64,000 bases of DNA, from contig CDRNST010000273.1 of the NCBI GenBank assembly GCA_977016875.1, positions 3,038,001-3,102,000 on the forward strand, given 5' to 3'. Source of the stretch: Pavona decussata. Lineage: Eukaryota. Position numbers and translations under genes: made by a program. The notes beneath the pieces are model-generated. The model ran no database searches. It was not told the origin of the DNA and saw only the letters and a list, made by a program, of their open reading frames with translations. Below, one piece after another: positions 12,742-25,043 of this stretch; position 1 is the stretch's first letter; each line of letters starts with the position of its first letter.

Positions 12742-13891
12742 TCTACAGTATGCAGCGCATGGGCATTGGTTTGTTCCAGGAAATGTGTCAGTACAACACC
12801 CACACCCCCCCCCCCCCCCCCCAAGATCTGATGTTGAACATGTAAATATATTGGCGGCCTAGATGGTCAATTACTTGACAATAGAGATTTGAGACATTTG
12901 TGAGTGCTCATTATATTTCACTGATTCAACAGTGCCTAAACTTTCCACCAACCCAGTTCCTGCAGTTAGAAAGTCTCCTTAGTTTTGTTAATGTTGAATT
13001 ATAAGGGATTAAGTTACCAATCCACTAATTAGGGGCTCAGCATTAGAAAGAGACAATGATGATAAATGATAAATGTAAATACTGCAATAATAATTATTAT
13101 GCACCCTATGTATCAGTATTATGGTGCAAATTAAAATTTTAAAATATGTGCCGAGGCATTAGGTCTTGAAGTAGAAATTGTAATGAAAAGTAATCACAAC
13201 TTTCTTGTAATCTGAAAAAGAAAAAAAAAAAGAAGTTATAAGTAAGGGAAGTTAAAAGTGCCCCAAGAGCTAAATTCTACATAAGTATACATGTACAATA
13301 CTGTGTTGAATTTCTACGTAGGTTAAAACTAAAACTGTTGAAAGAGTCAATGGCAACAAAGTAAATATTGTTAGCACAGTTCTGTCGTGCGAGTAGCGCG
13401 TGCATTCCTTTTTGCCATAAGGCTTAGGGCCAGTGACAGTGAGCATGTGCTCAAACGAAAACGCGTGTGTTCAGAAGCAAGGATTTGTTTTTAAAGTGTA
13501 TCTACCATTTTGACGTTTTTATCACCGGACAAACACAGAAGTTGTCTTAGTGATCAGTTATTGTCCTTCTGTAGTTACACCGTGCTTATAGGTTTATTTT
13601 CCTTTTATGTTGTAGTTTTTGAAACCGTATACCAAACACCATACATCAAACGTCCATTCAACGCAACGAAAGTTATACCAACTTGTACGTGTTTCTTATC
13701 TGTGTATTAAAGACATCGTAAATTTTGTCTGTGCACCTACAAATATGGTTATCAATCAGCCAAGTTACTTGTGCCACTTACATCACAAAGGAGCTTCCAG
13801 TGTCATTGGTGGTGTCCATCGAGAAATCAATACCCTTAAGGTTGTGGCTGTCTAGCATACTAAAAAGTGCAGAATCATCCCTTATCTGTCC

Positions 13892-16330
13892 TTAGTCGGA
13901 GGCAATGGTATCTTCAAGGGAATCTTCCTCAAAGGGCATTGACCCAATGTCAACATCACCAAACACTTCACCGATCACTTTCAAGACTTGTTTTGCATGG
14001 TGGTGCCGCCATATTTCAACAGACCGAAGTACATTCTCCGCCGTGAAAAGATTCTGACAGCTTTCTACAACCTGATTGATATGAAAGGTGTTGAACTCAA
14101 GCAGAACATTAGGACATGTTACCATTTTGTTAACTTGAACTTGCCCCCTCATCTCTTGCATAAATTCCAGAAGTTTTTTTCCTTAAGTTTTGTTTATCTT
14201 AGGCAGTGACAGTTCTAACAACTGTTGTATCATGTGATTCTTGGTTGTTGCTCATTGATAGTTTTGGTAAACTGACTCTAATTTCACAGGGACTCCAAAA
14301 CTCACCACAGTTGTCATCTCCACAGTTTCACTGATCAACATAGATATCACAGCAATCATGTTGATTCACATTTGAAATTCCTCTTTTGCAACCAAAGTGA
14401 GCCATCAACCACCTTCTATGGCACTGGTCAATCTGAATATAATGTTTCATGTCGCTGTCACAATGAGCACTTAAAAAACCATTGTATAACAGCACACATG
14501 TACTTGGTAAGCCATCTCGCCCAGCTCTTCCACATTCTTGCACATAAAGTTCGACTGATTTAGAGGGCCCAAAGTGAATTACCCTTCTCACACTTCTGCA
14601 ATTGACTGCCATACCAAAAGCAACAGTACATATTAAAATTCTCACATGACCATCTTCTATCGCCATGGACATCAAAATGTGGTCCTTGACTGAAACAGGA
14701 GTGCCAGCATGGTACATCTCAACGATTCTGTTCATTGGGGAAACATCTGTGTGGTACATATGTCTTCCAAGATACAACTCAAACATGCAATACAAAACGA
14801 GTTTGGCAGTATATTAAAGTCCTGGGTGTTTTTGTATCTCATTCCTTTACTTTAAAGCTCAAGCAGTTTAAGGCCTGGGTCAAGGGCTTTTAAGAGGAAA
14901 AATGGTTTATTCTAGATAACTTTAACAAATTCAATGGCACCGAACTGAAATTTGGAAGATAAAAAGATCTCATCATTCTGAAAATTTCTAAGCATTATAA
15001 GTAGTGCTATAGATCACGTGACATGTCACGTGATCATTTTTGTGAAAAAAGCAAAGATTTGACAGGTAGGCGACGGTTTTAAGAGATAACATCAAACAAA
15101 AACGCGTTTCTAATAAAGATTAAATATCTCCATCGCTTCACGTTTGGAATGATCGTCCATTGTTCTCCAGAAAAAAATTATCAGGGCAAAGGTCATTTTT
15201 TAGTCCACAATTCAACCTTTGATCATTAATTTCTCTAATTTAAAAACTTAAGGACAGTCATTCCAAACGTAGAAAGTTAAATATTTAAAATCTGCTTCGG
15301 AAACACTAATTCAGTTATCTTTAAAAGGAAAATTCGCCGCCATATCGCCGATTTACGAAATTCTCATTTTTTGGTCACGTGATGTGTCACGTGATCAAAA
15401 TTATACGTTAAGGCAAAAGAAAACATTAAGTTTAATATTCAGGGAAAATTTCATCCTGTTCTAGGCAGACAAACCGAAGATATAGGGGATCATTCATAAT
15501 TTCTTAACACCCTTCAAACCCAGGCCTTAAACTGCTTGAGAGATCAGTGACGAAAATGCTGACTCAATGTCTTCAATTTTGTCCAGGTAAGATGTAACTC
15601 TGCTCGATCACTTTCATTTCACCCTCTGACAAATGGAGTGTTTGCACATTATTCTGCTTTGTTGTTTTTGTCGCTGTTACTGTAAGAACAAGCAGCTGAC
15701 ACTCTTTGGGAAACAGTGCCCGCAATTCCCCTAAACAACCGTGCCATTTTCTAAAGGGAACTTTCTTGGCCCCAGGTAATCCCCTGCGAAAAATATGAGA
15801 AACAAACACCAAACAAAATTTGGGTCCTTCAGTCTTGTATAATCTACGAAATACTATTGTATACATTTAACGTTTCTAGCTGTCTGGTGAAATAAGAGAA
15901 AACCTTAGTGGAATCTAGGGAGGAATATTAACAATCTTTGCATTGTCTTAGCCTAGGAGACCTTTTTTTGACTGATCAGCTTTACAGACGACTTTCAAAG
16001 CTGGTGAGCGCGAGGTAAAGTTGACTCAAATAATCAGTAAATTTCTGTCTGTTATTAACCCCAACATCTGTCATTACCAATCAAAGAATTGGAACCTACC
16101 ACTGCGTTATACAATGGGCCTCATCGATTGCTACCCCAATGAGCATTTTGGTGAAGTTTTGGCATTTAAAGATGCCCCTCCAAACGTCAGTTGACAACAA
16201 GCACTCGGGCGAACTGAGCACAACAAGGTAAATCCCATTTAAAACCTGTTGAATGGTTTCTGGGTCTTCTACAGTGATCTGTCCTTTATAGATCCCTTCT
16301 CTCTGGTGTGACGTCCATGTGAAGCAGTTG
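13892..16330 (-). pseudogene. Transposon-borne RecQ-like helicase (AcademH accessory gene), spliced and disrupted
   Basis: SSPECLL, VAIDEAHCITQW, VLTVTAT, PRTLIYCQTR, MYHAGT, CTVAFGMAVN, YVQECGRAGRDG and a Cys-rich tail. Convergent with the DUF6589 fragment and interrupted by a 655-bp element. Confidence 0.85.
14872..15526. mobile_element. 655-bp non-autonomous Kolobok-type element (probable KolobokP solo LDR)
   Basis: TTAA on both sides (14868-14871, 15527-15530). Termini GGCCTGGGT...ACCCAGGCC. Internal palindromes GATCACGTGACATGTCACGTGATC (15012-15035) and a variant at 15369-15400. Confidence 0.75.
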
Positions 16331-16392
16331 TCACAGCAGCAGATAAACTTCTGAGTAAAGAGAGAGGAAAAGGAAACCATCCTTCTGGTGTT

Positions 16393-17248
16393 GTGATTAA
16401 GGGCTTTGGCCCGTTCACAGAAGAAGGCTTAACGACTCTTCAAAAATTTTTTGAAATTCCTGAAATGATGCGTAAGATAGCTGCAGAAGCTAGATGGCTT
16501 TCTGGACTCAATTGCACACCAAGAGAACTCACAGTTCTTCAATCAGTCCTCTGGAATCAACCAACAACAAGCTTAGTTCTGAGGTTTGATCCCAAATCTA
16601 TTGATGTCATTTCTTTTTTCTGATCTCGCTGAAGAAAGGTACATTGACGGCTTTGCCATTGACGTGTGTATTGGCAAATACATTGAGGAAAGCACCACAC
16701 AGGGAAGAGAGGACACATTACACTTGCCAACAGAATTTTTTCACTGGATGCAGGTTAATGACAATGCTTTCAAGCTAGCACAGTTGAAAGCAAGAGCTTC
16801 ATGCATGGTAAGGTTTAATAACGTGCAGCAAATACTTGTACCAGTCTTTATGGTGAACCACTGGGGACTTATCTATGTCAACCTTGCTAGTCAGCTTTTA
16901 TATTTTGATGATGGGCTGACTTCTGAGGTGCCATCAGCTGCCCTTCCATGTGTCAAAGAAGCACTGAGTCTCCTTCTTGAATTATACCCTTATCACCCAT
17001 CTTTCAAAGCAGAATTTTTGCGCTCTACTCAAAATCTCAAGCGGGTTGGAATGCCATTACAAGTGCCTATAGATAATAAGATGATTGGAGTGGGTAGCTG
17101 TGGAATAGGGGTTATCATGGCCGCCAGAGACTTCGTCAGAAATGGCCCTGCAACTGTCAATAATATCAAATGGAGATATTGCAACATGGATAAGCACAGG
17201 AAAGGCCCCATACTGCAGATCCTCAGATGGGGTGGACATCATACATAA
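16393..17248 (+). pseudogene. Ulp1/SENP-like (peptidase C48) cysteine protease, 5'-truncated, one frameshift
   Basis: ILVPVFMVNHWGLIYV, YFDDG and GSCGIGV give a His-Asp-Cys triad in C48 order. Confidence 0.8.
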
Positions 17249-17337
17249 AGGCTCCAGAGTTGCTGGTTGGAACTCCATTCTGCCCATAACATCTTGTGCT
17301 CTCAGATTCCTTGAGTCTTGCAGTTGATTTGCCGTCA

Positions 17338-17575
17338 CATTAACCAAGCTTGTACTCTCAGGGGTAGCAAATACCCGAAGGTTACACTTAACTTCCCTTC
17401 GCATTAACCGAGCCTGTACTCTCAAGGGTAGCAGATACCCGAGGGTTACACTTAATTTCCCTTCGCATTAACCAAGCCTGTACTCTCAGGGATAGCAGAT
17501 ACCTGAGGGTTACACTTAAGTTCCCTTCGCATTAACCAAGCCTGTACTCTCAGGGGTAGCAGATACCCAAGGGTT
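17338..17575 (+). repeat. 64-bp minisatellite, ~3.7 copies, with decayed copies downstream
   Basis: CATTAACC starts at 17338, 17402, 17466 and 17530 (period exactly 64). Degenerate remnants near 17697 and 17764. Confidence 0.92.
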
Positions 17576-18294
17576 GATAATGAATAATTTTCCAGAAGAA
17601 ACACCTTAACAAGAAAGGCCAAAGGAGAGAGACCCAACAAAGAGCAGTCTCTTTTATCGTACAAGATTACTGACTGTAGCACATAACTTGCCATCACATT
17701 AACCAAGCCTGTGTTTCCTTTAATAGTAGACACATGTACCTGAGGTTTATAGTTAATTTTGTTATCAAGCCTGTGGATGATAGATGATACCTGACGATTT
17801 CAGTTAATTTATCATTGAATTGATTTATAAATCCCATGCTCTCATAGGCAACATGTAAAATCTTCGCAGCCAAATGTCAAGTTGGGCTTGGGTAAGTCGC
17901 TTTTTAGAAATTAGTGCATGTATGTCTGCAGCAACTTGTGAGGTGTTTCCTTTACATTTTAGTATGGTGAAGATAAGCAGCACAAACATGTATTGGTAAA
18001 CATGATGCAAGCTAAGTAAATGAGTAGAGTCAGGGAACAACATAAACTTAATTGGCCACTCCCCATTAGGATCTTTTTAGGGCCAATTAAAGAAATATAA
18101 TCTAAATGTACCGGTACATGTAAGCAGTTGTTTGAGTTCAAATAAGCGACTGTGCACCACCCGTAACCCCCTTCCAGTGAAACCACTGGAACACTTGGTG
18201 GCCTGTATTCAATTGTAGCCACTAGTCACATGTGAACGTATAGTAGGCAATTTTTGAAATCCTTTCTCAGGCCTTTTTATTAAGTTATTTATAT

Positions 18295-18382
18295 TAAATA
18301 TTTCACTATTTCAAAATGATTTGGCCTTACAGAATAAATAAATATTTCACTATTTCAAAATGATTTGGCCTTACAGAATAAA
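18295..18382 (+). repeat. Exact 44-bp tandem duplication
   Basis: TAAATATTTCACTATTTCAAAATGATTTGGCCTTACAGAATAAA occurs twice in a row. Confidence 0.9.
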
Positions 18383-19258
18383 CGTCACTCTGAGGATAAC
18401 AACTATGCTACCAGAAATGTGTTTTATCATTAAATTATATGAAATTTGTGGCAAAGCATGTTAAAATTAACATTAAAATATATTATACTGTATCTTTTGA
18501 GTTTAAATGTATCAATATTAACAATTTTACAGTAAACAACACATTTTTTTTTCCAATGCAGACCAGTGTTTACTCGGTTAGTCAATAGCAATCAATACAA
18601 CACGAAAAACACTGGTAATATTGGCACTGCAATAAGTATAGATTAAAAAAAATACAGTTATGACTAATTGTACTATTGGCTGGTCAATTGCTATTGATTT
18701 TCATCAAGTGATTCAAGTCCTTTAAACGATAAGCCCTCTCTTATTAAAGTAATTTGTCTGTATGTTGGCAAAAAATAGCAAATAAATAAAAGTCAAAACT
18801 TTCTTCATATGCCAGAGTTTGACAATAATATACGAAAGAAACAAATTATGCCATATACCGGTAATCATTTTGTGCTGGCAATGAACTTTTTAAAAATGCC
18901 GATGATTACTTTGGAGGCTCCACTTTTTTTTTTACTTGTAATATGTTTGAAGGGTGCAGAGCAACTGGAGTTGGAAATTGAATTATTGTTGAAAATTAGA
19001 AGTTAATTACAAAGATTGCACCTTACTCGAGACTGAAACTGTGTTGAGACAAGCACAGATTCCAATTATTGACTGCTATCAATTTTTCCAACAACAGTAA
19101 TGATGCAGAGTATTTTTCTGATTGCACTTTGGTGTTTAATGTTTGTTACTTTTTGCATTAATTGGGTTTTGGGTCTCCATCTGCATTTCTATCTAGTAAA
19201 CTCTGCCTTACAAACGGATCTGATGCATAAAAAGGTGTTTGTAATTTTTTTCTCGTTC

Positions 19259-20526
19259 CTACAGTTCCACTCGGCTAACGTATAAACAAATACACATTTT
19301 TTCCAATATGACAGTATTGTAGAGATTGGGCCACCAAATCAGATCTAACTCGGGGGTAGCTCTACCTTCCCCGTACCCGACCACTAAATTGCTTCTACAG
19401 GTAATTCTGCCTTTCAATGTTTTTCCATGGGCTCTGTTTTCTGCAACAGCAAGTGCTTCTCTGGGATCCATTTCACTTGGGTAGTCAATACCTTTTGTGT
19501 CTCCATTCCATTGCACTTGTTCTTAAAAAGTAACAGTGTTTTGTTTTTCCAGGGCAACTTTAAGTTTATTCAAGTCGAAGAGGCAGTATGTCACTTTTCT
19601 TGCTGAAGAGCACAAAATAGGTGCTCACCAATGATGTTGGTTTCTGATAGCATTAGGCTGTGGGTCGTCCAGATTTCTGGCAATTGCTGGAAAAACTTTG
19701 ACGGAACCATATTGAATTCCAAAGTCTGCCAATTTCCTGTGAAAGCACATGGCATATTTTAAAATTAATGTTTTGCAAAACTGAAAATCCGATGGGATTC
19801 TTAAATTTTGAGTCGTCTGTTTTCTTGATGAAAGGAAACATTTAAATGTAATGGACCAAACGGGAGGTGGGTGGCTGTGCTGAGAAGTATGCACCATTAA
19901 TACCACTTAAAAATGACCGCGTGGGAGACTATGGCATTTCTGCCCAGACCCAGATAAATTTGACAATGCAATTTCTTGATGGCAACATTTTTTTTTATTT
20001 GATTATAAAAAATATTAAATGGGCTGCACTTTTCCATCAGAACAAAAACGGGAATCGTTTTTATAACCATTCACTACTGAAGACCAGACATCTTTGTCCC
20101 CTTCGCGAGTGTGCGTTAAAATTGTCTCCCGCGCTCGTGCCTCCGCTCCACTACTATCCGTTTTTTAAAGCACTTGCGCGCGTATTTGTCATTTACCTTG
20201 GTGATGCTCTGGACTGAAAAAGGATAGATCGTACTCGACTTGTCCGTTGCTAGAGTGAACTTACTTTTATTTCTTTGGTGATGAACTCGAACATTTATGC
20301 ATTTGGTGACACCAGCCAACCATGCTTTGTATTCAGCTTGTACCGCGGGAGATCTTATTGCTTGAGGAACTGTCAGCTGAACTTCTTCATCATTCTGTAA
20401 AAACATTGCCCGTTTTGGGTGTTGTTTGTTAACGTGGTGTTGCTCAAAGTGCTTTAAAAGTGCATGGAAAGTTCTTAACTTTTTAGAACACTCCTCACAA
20501 CGAAGGTACACGCATGTATCAGCCAT
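19259..20526 (-). pseudogene. Two-exon gene for an unknown protein with an N-terminal C2H2 zinc finger (probable TE cargo)
   Basis: MADTCVYLRCEECSKKLRTFHALLKHFEQHH. GTAAGT donor at 20264 and TTTCACAG acceptor near 19737. The second exon carries frameshifts and stops and ends ...GEGRATPELDLIWWPNLY...VSRVEL*. Confidence 0.55.
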
Positions 20527-21295
20527 GTTAAAAGTGGACCGATGGTTGATGGTGTTGAATGGCGAACACTTGCTGTGTTTCTATTGTTATTCTAACCAAT
20601 AAAATGAAAGCATTTTCTCTTAGCTCGGCTGAGAAACAATGGACCCTTGTTATGTTTTCAATGTGCCATGTAGAAAAACAGTTCGTCGTCATTTTCCCTA
20701 ACTTGTGATGGAATTTGGAAGAAGACGCAAATTAAGACGGAAGGAATTTACCAAAGAGCAACTTGCACACTTTAAGAAGCTTTGGAAAGAGCAAAGCAAG
20801 AGGAGGAAAAAGAAAGAATGGTCTAGCAAAAAGTCCAGCAGAAGAACCAGCAGAAGAGTTAAAGGTGGAGGAAATCACGACAGCACAACCCAGTCCACTA
20901 ACAATTGCACGCCACAGCAATGAGAAGAAAAGAAAACTAGAGGAAAAAAAACACCTCATTCGATCTTCATGAAGCTACAAGGTGTCAAACCATGGCATAG
21001 AGTTACTTATGCAAATTAGCCGAGGGAACATTCAATTTGCCCTCAGCTAATTTGCATAACAGGTTTTGAGCCTTTCAAAGCTTGTCATGTGGCTCAAAAT
21101 AGTTATTTGGCGCAAACGTCTCGTTTGTCTTTCCTTTCTTTGCTGTGAAAAACTATTCAGCAAAACAGTTTACAAACAGTCCCTCTCTTGTCTGGAGCTG
21201 CAGCAGTACAGCAACAAACGAGTGCATTTCGTAAATATGCTCATCTGCCGTCGATCTCAAAAAAGTTTTTGCTGTGCGTGGCCAGTTTAGCATTG

Positions 21296-24200
21296 ATGGA
21301 AGAGAAAAGCAATGAAAGTGGCGACTACCATTCAAAGTTGTGGAGTGCTGGAGGTGTCATGTGTATGGTTGGCGGCGTTATATTAAGTTCGGTGGACAAA
21401 GAATGTCACCAAACCCCAACAAGTGAATTTTTTTGCAACGAAGGAGGCTGATTTACTCGTAAATCGAGAGTGGAAAAACAGACTGGCTTTGATAGGACTA
21501 CACGTATAACGGAATGGAGGGCAAAGAGGAAACTGGAGTTAACTACCGAACAACCAGATGAAAACGAACCTAGAACAAAGAGAGAAACGCGCACAACTCA
21601 GGTAAGAGTGTTTTTTAGACACACTAAATAAAATTATTACGAAGATGTTATCCATCAACACGCACTAGCAAACACAGAAACCCTTTCCTTTTCTGTCTGC
21701 ATGGTTACTTTTCCAAACAATTCGCTTTTTTCTTGCCAAATTCTTATCATATAACATTGTTTTTGGTGATTCAGGCTCTGTTTGCAACTTAAATTATTTG
21801 TTGTCTTTAAAAAGCCCCTTTGGGGAAATGTGCATTTATTGAACGAATTTTATGTTGAAAACTGGCACACTTTTCTAATCCTTACTGACCTTACTCACAA
21901 CTGGAGAGAGCTGATTAAATTCGTGTTTACAGGCTCCCATAACGTTAATCATAAAAACTGAATTCTCGTTAGACCAAAGAGCTAAAGGAGGAGTTAATAC
22001 CATATGGATCCAGAATAATAGACCTGGATGAAATCAGGTATGGGCTGCAAAGATGTCAACATTGTAAATCAGGTGAGACCAAGTACTCTTTCAAGACGGT
22101 TGTTCAAGGTGTATAGTATTTTAATTCAACTAAAACAATCAAAGAAAATGCTGCAATTTTTTCTGGAACTTATACACCCGTCAATGTTTATCAGGCGGAA
22201 GAGGGGTGAGGGCATTGGGTGGCAATTTTACTGATCTTACTGTCCCAGGGGGATGGATAACTCGAGTTTTTTTTTCTTGACCCATAGTGGGGCAGTGTTG
22301 TCCTTGGGTGGGGATTTCTTGTTTATCTGACTACAAACATTCTCCCTGGGGTAGGGAATTTGACAATTATTTTCTTGACAATGTCAAATCCGAACCCTAT
22401 GCCCTGTTCCCTTCCCCCCTCCCCCCTCCCCCCTTATCCGGGTAAAAAATTGATAGGTGTGTTATATGAAAATAACATAAGACTAGGAGCCCAAACTGGC
22501 ATTAAAAAATTACTACAAATTTGTTAATCAATGTTTGCACATCATTCATTTTCTCTTCGCAAAAGCAATAATAAATAACAAATAAATGTAATAATGTACA
22601 ATTTAGTAAACAGTTCTACCATAAAAATTACATGAAATGGACATTATTTTAAATGAAATTCAGGTTCGAATGATTTCGAAATATTTTCATTGATTTTTAT
22701 TTTCCACTATTCCAGTTTGCTGTAATCATGACTATAAATCGAAGGAAAATAAAAATTCATGATTTGAAATCTTATTTACCTGATATTCAGCTTTACCTAC
22801 AATAGCTAGATAAGCCATGTATCTGTATGTCTTTTTCCATGTGAAAACCACACTCAGATTAATTTTTTTTACCACAAAAACAAACCCAAATGTTTTGTCA
22901 TCTGATTTGTCACGTTTCTGTGGTAAAACATAAATGGACTTGAAATTAACCCAATAGTACTTCTGTTCATGACACTCAATTTTTCATTTAATTTTCAGCA
23001 CAATTGTCATAAATATGCAATAAAACTGAAAAAAAGAGATAGAGATGTGGCTTAGCCTCTGTGTTCTCTACCACATGTACGCTGTGCCCATGTTCAGTCC
23101 TTATCTAGAAGTTTAGACCAAACTATAAACCTGAGTATTGCCAGAAAATTACTGAATTTGTCAATTTCATTTTCAGCAAATTTGTCATTATGCTAAAAGA
23201 TCACAGAAAAAATATTTGGACTGGCATCAGTGTTTACAGTACAGTAAAATGTACAGTATGTCAAGACCTCCCGTGAACACAAAAGTGGTGCACGTGGTCC
23301 CCCGGCACATGACATTAACTCGAGGGCTGTTCTTGGATGCCTTCACACAGGAATTGGGGAAACCCACTTAAATAATTTCTTAGGTACATTGAATACTACC
23401 TGCTTAAACCAGTAACATTAAGAATAGAGAAAGAGAAATCGGTCATGCAGTTGAATCAGTAGCCAAACAAAGTTGTGAGAAAGTTATGAATGATGAAAGA
23501 AATGCTGCAATCAAATCTGGTACAAAGGAGGATCAGCAAGGGGATATTAGCATGTCATGCTCTTACGACATGGCCTGGCAAAAACGAGGTAAAGGCCACA
23601 ACTCATCAACTGGCCAAGCTGCAGTCATGGGTTTAACTGGCAAAGTAATAAATAGACTACACAACAAGAACAAAAACATGCAGGCGTTGTGCAAATGCTC
23701 AGAAATCTGGAAAAACTGCAAAGAAGCATGACTGCCGAATGAATCACTTTGCTTCTTGTAAGGCAATGGAGCCAGTGGCAGCTGTAGATCTTTTCACACG
23801 AGGCCAAAAATCAAATGTTAAACTATCTGTCTACACAGGTGATGATGATTCAACTACAGCTGCCTACATTAGACAAAAAGTACCATATGCAGTAGAAAAA
23901 TGGACAGAAATCATTCATGCAAAAAGATCTCTTACCACAAGACTTAACAATTTGGCCCAAAGAGGAAAGTTCACAAATTCATCTGTTCTCTCTCAAAAAG
24001 TAATGAACTATTTAGTAAAATGTTTCAGCTACAGTGTGTCTCAAAACAAGGGAAATCCATTATCTCTCCAAAAAACATTGCAAAACATTGTGCCACATGC
24101 TTTCAGCGATCACACAAATTGTGATGATTCGTGGTGTAGAGCCTAACAAGACCCTCAAAACTACAAACACTCCGACCTTCCTTATGGGAAGCATCTATTT

Positions 24201-24630
24201 GGAGATGAGCTTCGTAAAGCTGTTCGAACAATTTTCGTTGAATACTGCACTGACATAGTCATACCAAAACTTGCACCTGGGGCAAATTCTCAACGAAATG
24301 AGGCCCTGAACATTGTTGTTGGATCCAAAACCCAAAAATTAGGTACTATGGCAACAGCGAGAGCAACGATTTTAGGGTGGCCTGGGGAATCTCTCAAGTA
24401 GACCTTGGACATCATTATATCAGCAACACACTGGAAAGCCCCAACATTCAAGTTGGGGAATACTGTTTCTATCACATTAAAAAAAAAAAAGATCACAAAG
24501 CCACTCAAGACAAGTTGAGAAAAAAGTCTTTATTTTCAACGGCCACGAGCCCAGTTGCACAAACAGAAATTAAAAATTGGTGGCAATAAAGAAGCTAAAG
24601 AAGGCGAAACTCATGAAAGTAACATTGGAC
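21296..24630 (+). mobile_element. Kolobok (KolobokP/E-type, 'Mutator-like transposase domain') transposase pseudogene, 3'-truncated
   Basis: GSRIIDL..C..C, HDINSRAVLG, SYDMAWQKRGKGHNS, SCKAME, YTGDDDS, IIHAKR, NSQRNEALN. Collinear with the element at 37850-41304. Cut at the TTAA at 24631. Confidence 0.85.
22170..22464. mobile_element. Intronic MITE with degenerate TIRs
   Basis: TTATACACCCGTCAATG ... ATTGATAGGTGTGTTA with a G-run/C-run-rich interior. Confidence 0.5.
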
Positions 24631-24770
24631 TTAAAGGGTCCCTCCCAACCAGTGTGCTTTGCGGGCGATTGTTGTTGTTTTTATCCGGGACATTGGTAAG
24701 AATAATAGCGAGTGAGGTGACATCTCATCGCGCCATAATTTCATCGCGTCCAATGATACGTGGGATATGT

Positions 24771-25043
24771 GGGAGCAGGGATGGCGCAGTGGTGAGAGCA
24801 CTCGCCTCCCACCAATGTAGCCCGGGTTCGATTCCCGGACTCGGCGTCATGTGGGTTGAGTTTGTTGTTGGTTCTCGTCCCTGCTCCGAGGGTTTTTCTC
24901 CGGGTTCTCCGGTTTTCCTCCCTCCACAAAAACCAACATTTCCAAATTCCAATTCGACCTGGAAACAGTGGAGAGAAGAGCAACCCCGTGGATTCCACTG
25001 AAATTCCCATTTATTTATTTATTTTATTTTATTTTTTATTTTT
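24771..25043 (+). mobile_element. tRNA-derived SINE with V-domain-like core
   Basis: A box TGGCGCAGTGG, B box GGTTCGATTCC, core TGTGGGTTGAGTTTG...CTCCGGGTTCTCCGGTTTTCCTCCC, and a (TTTA)n tail. Confidence 0.88.

Noticed and set aside
13892-16330. Host RecQ/WRN/BLM gene
   Set aside because: Minimal helicase only, disrupted, and paired with an Academ-type transposase.
17338-17575. CRISPR-like array
   Set aside because: The units are contiguous 64-bp repeats with no unique spacers, the context is eukaryotic, and there are no cas genes.
24771-24850. Functional tRNA gene (also 49270-49335 and 49771-49850)
   Set aside because: A/B boxes are present but run into SINE cores or have broken arms. No complete cloverleaf.
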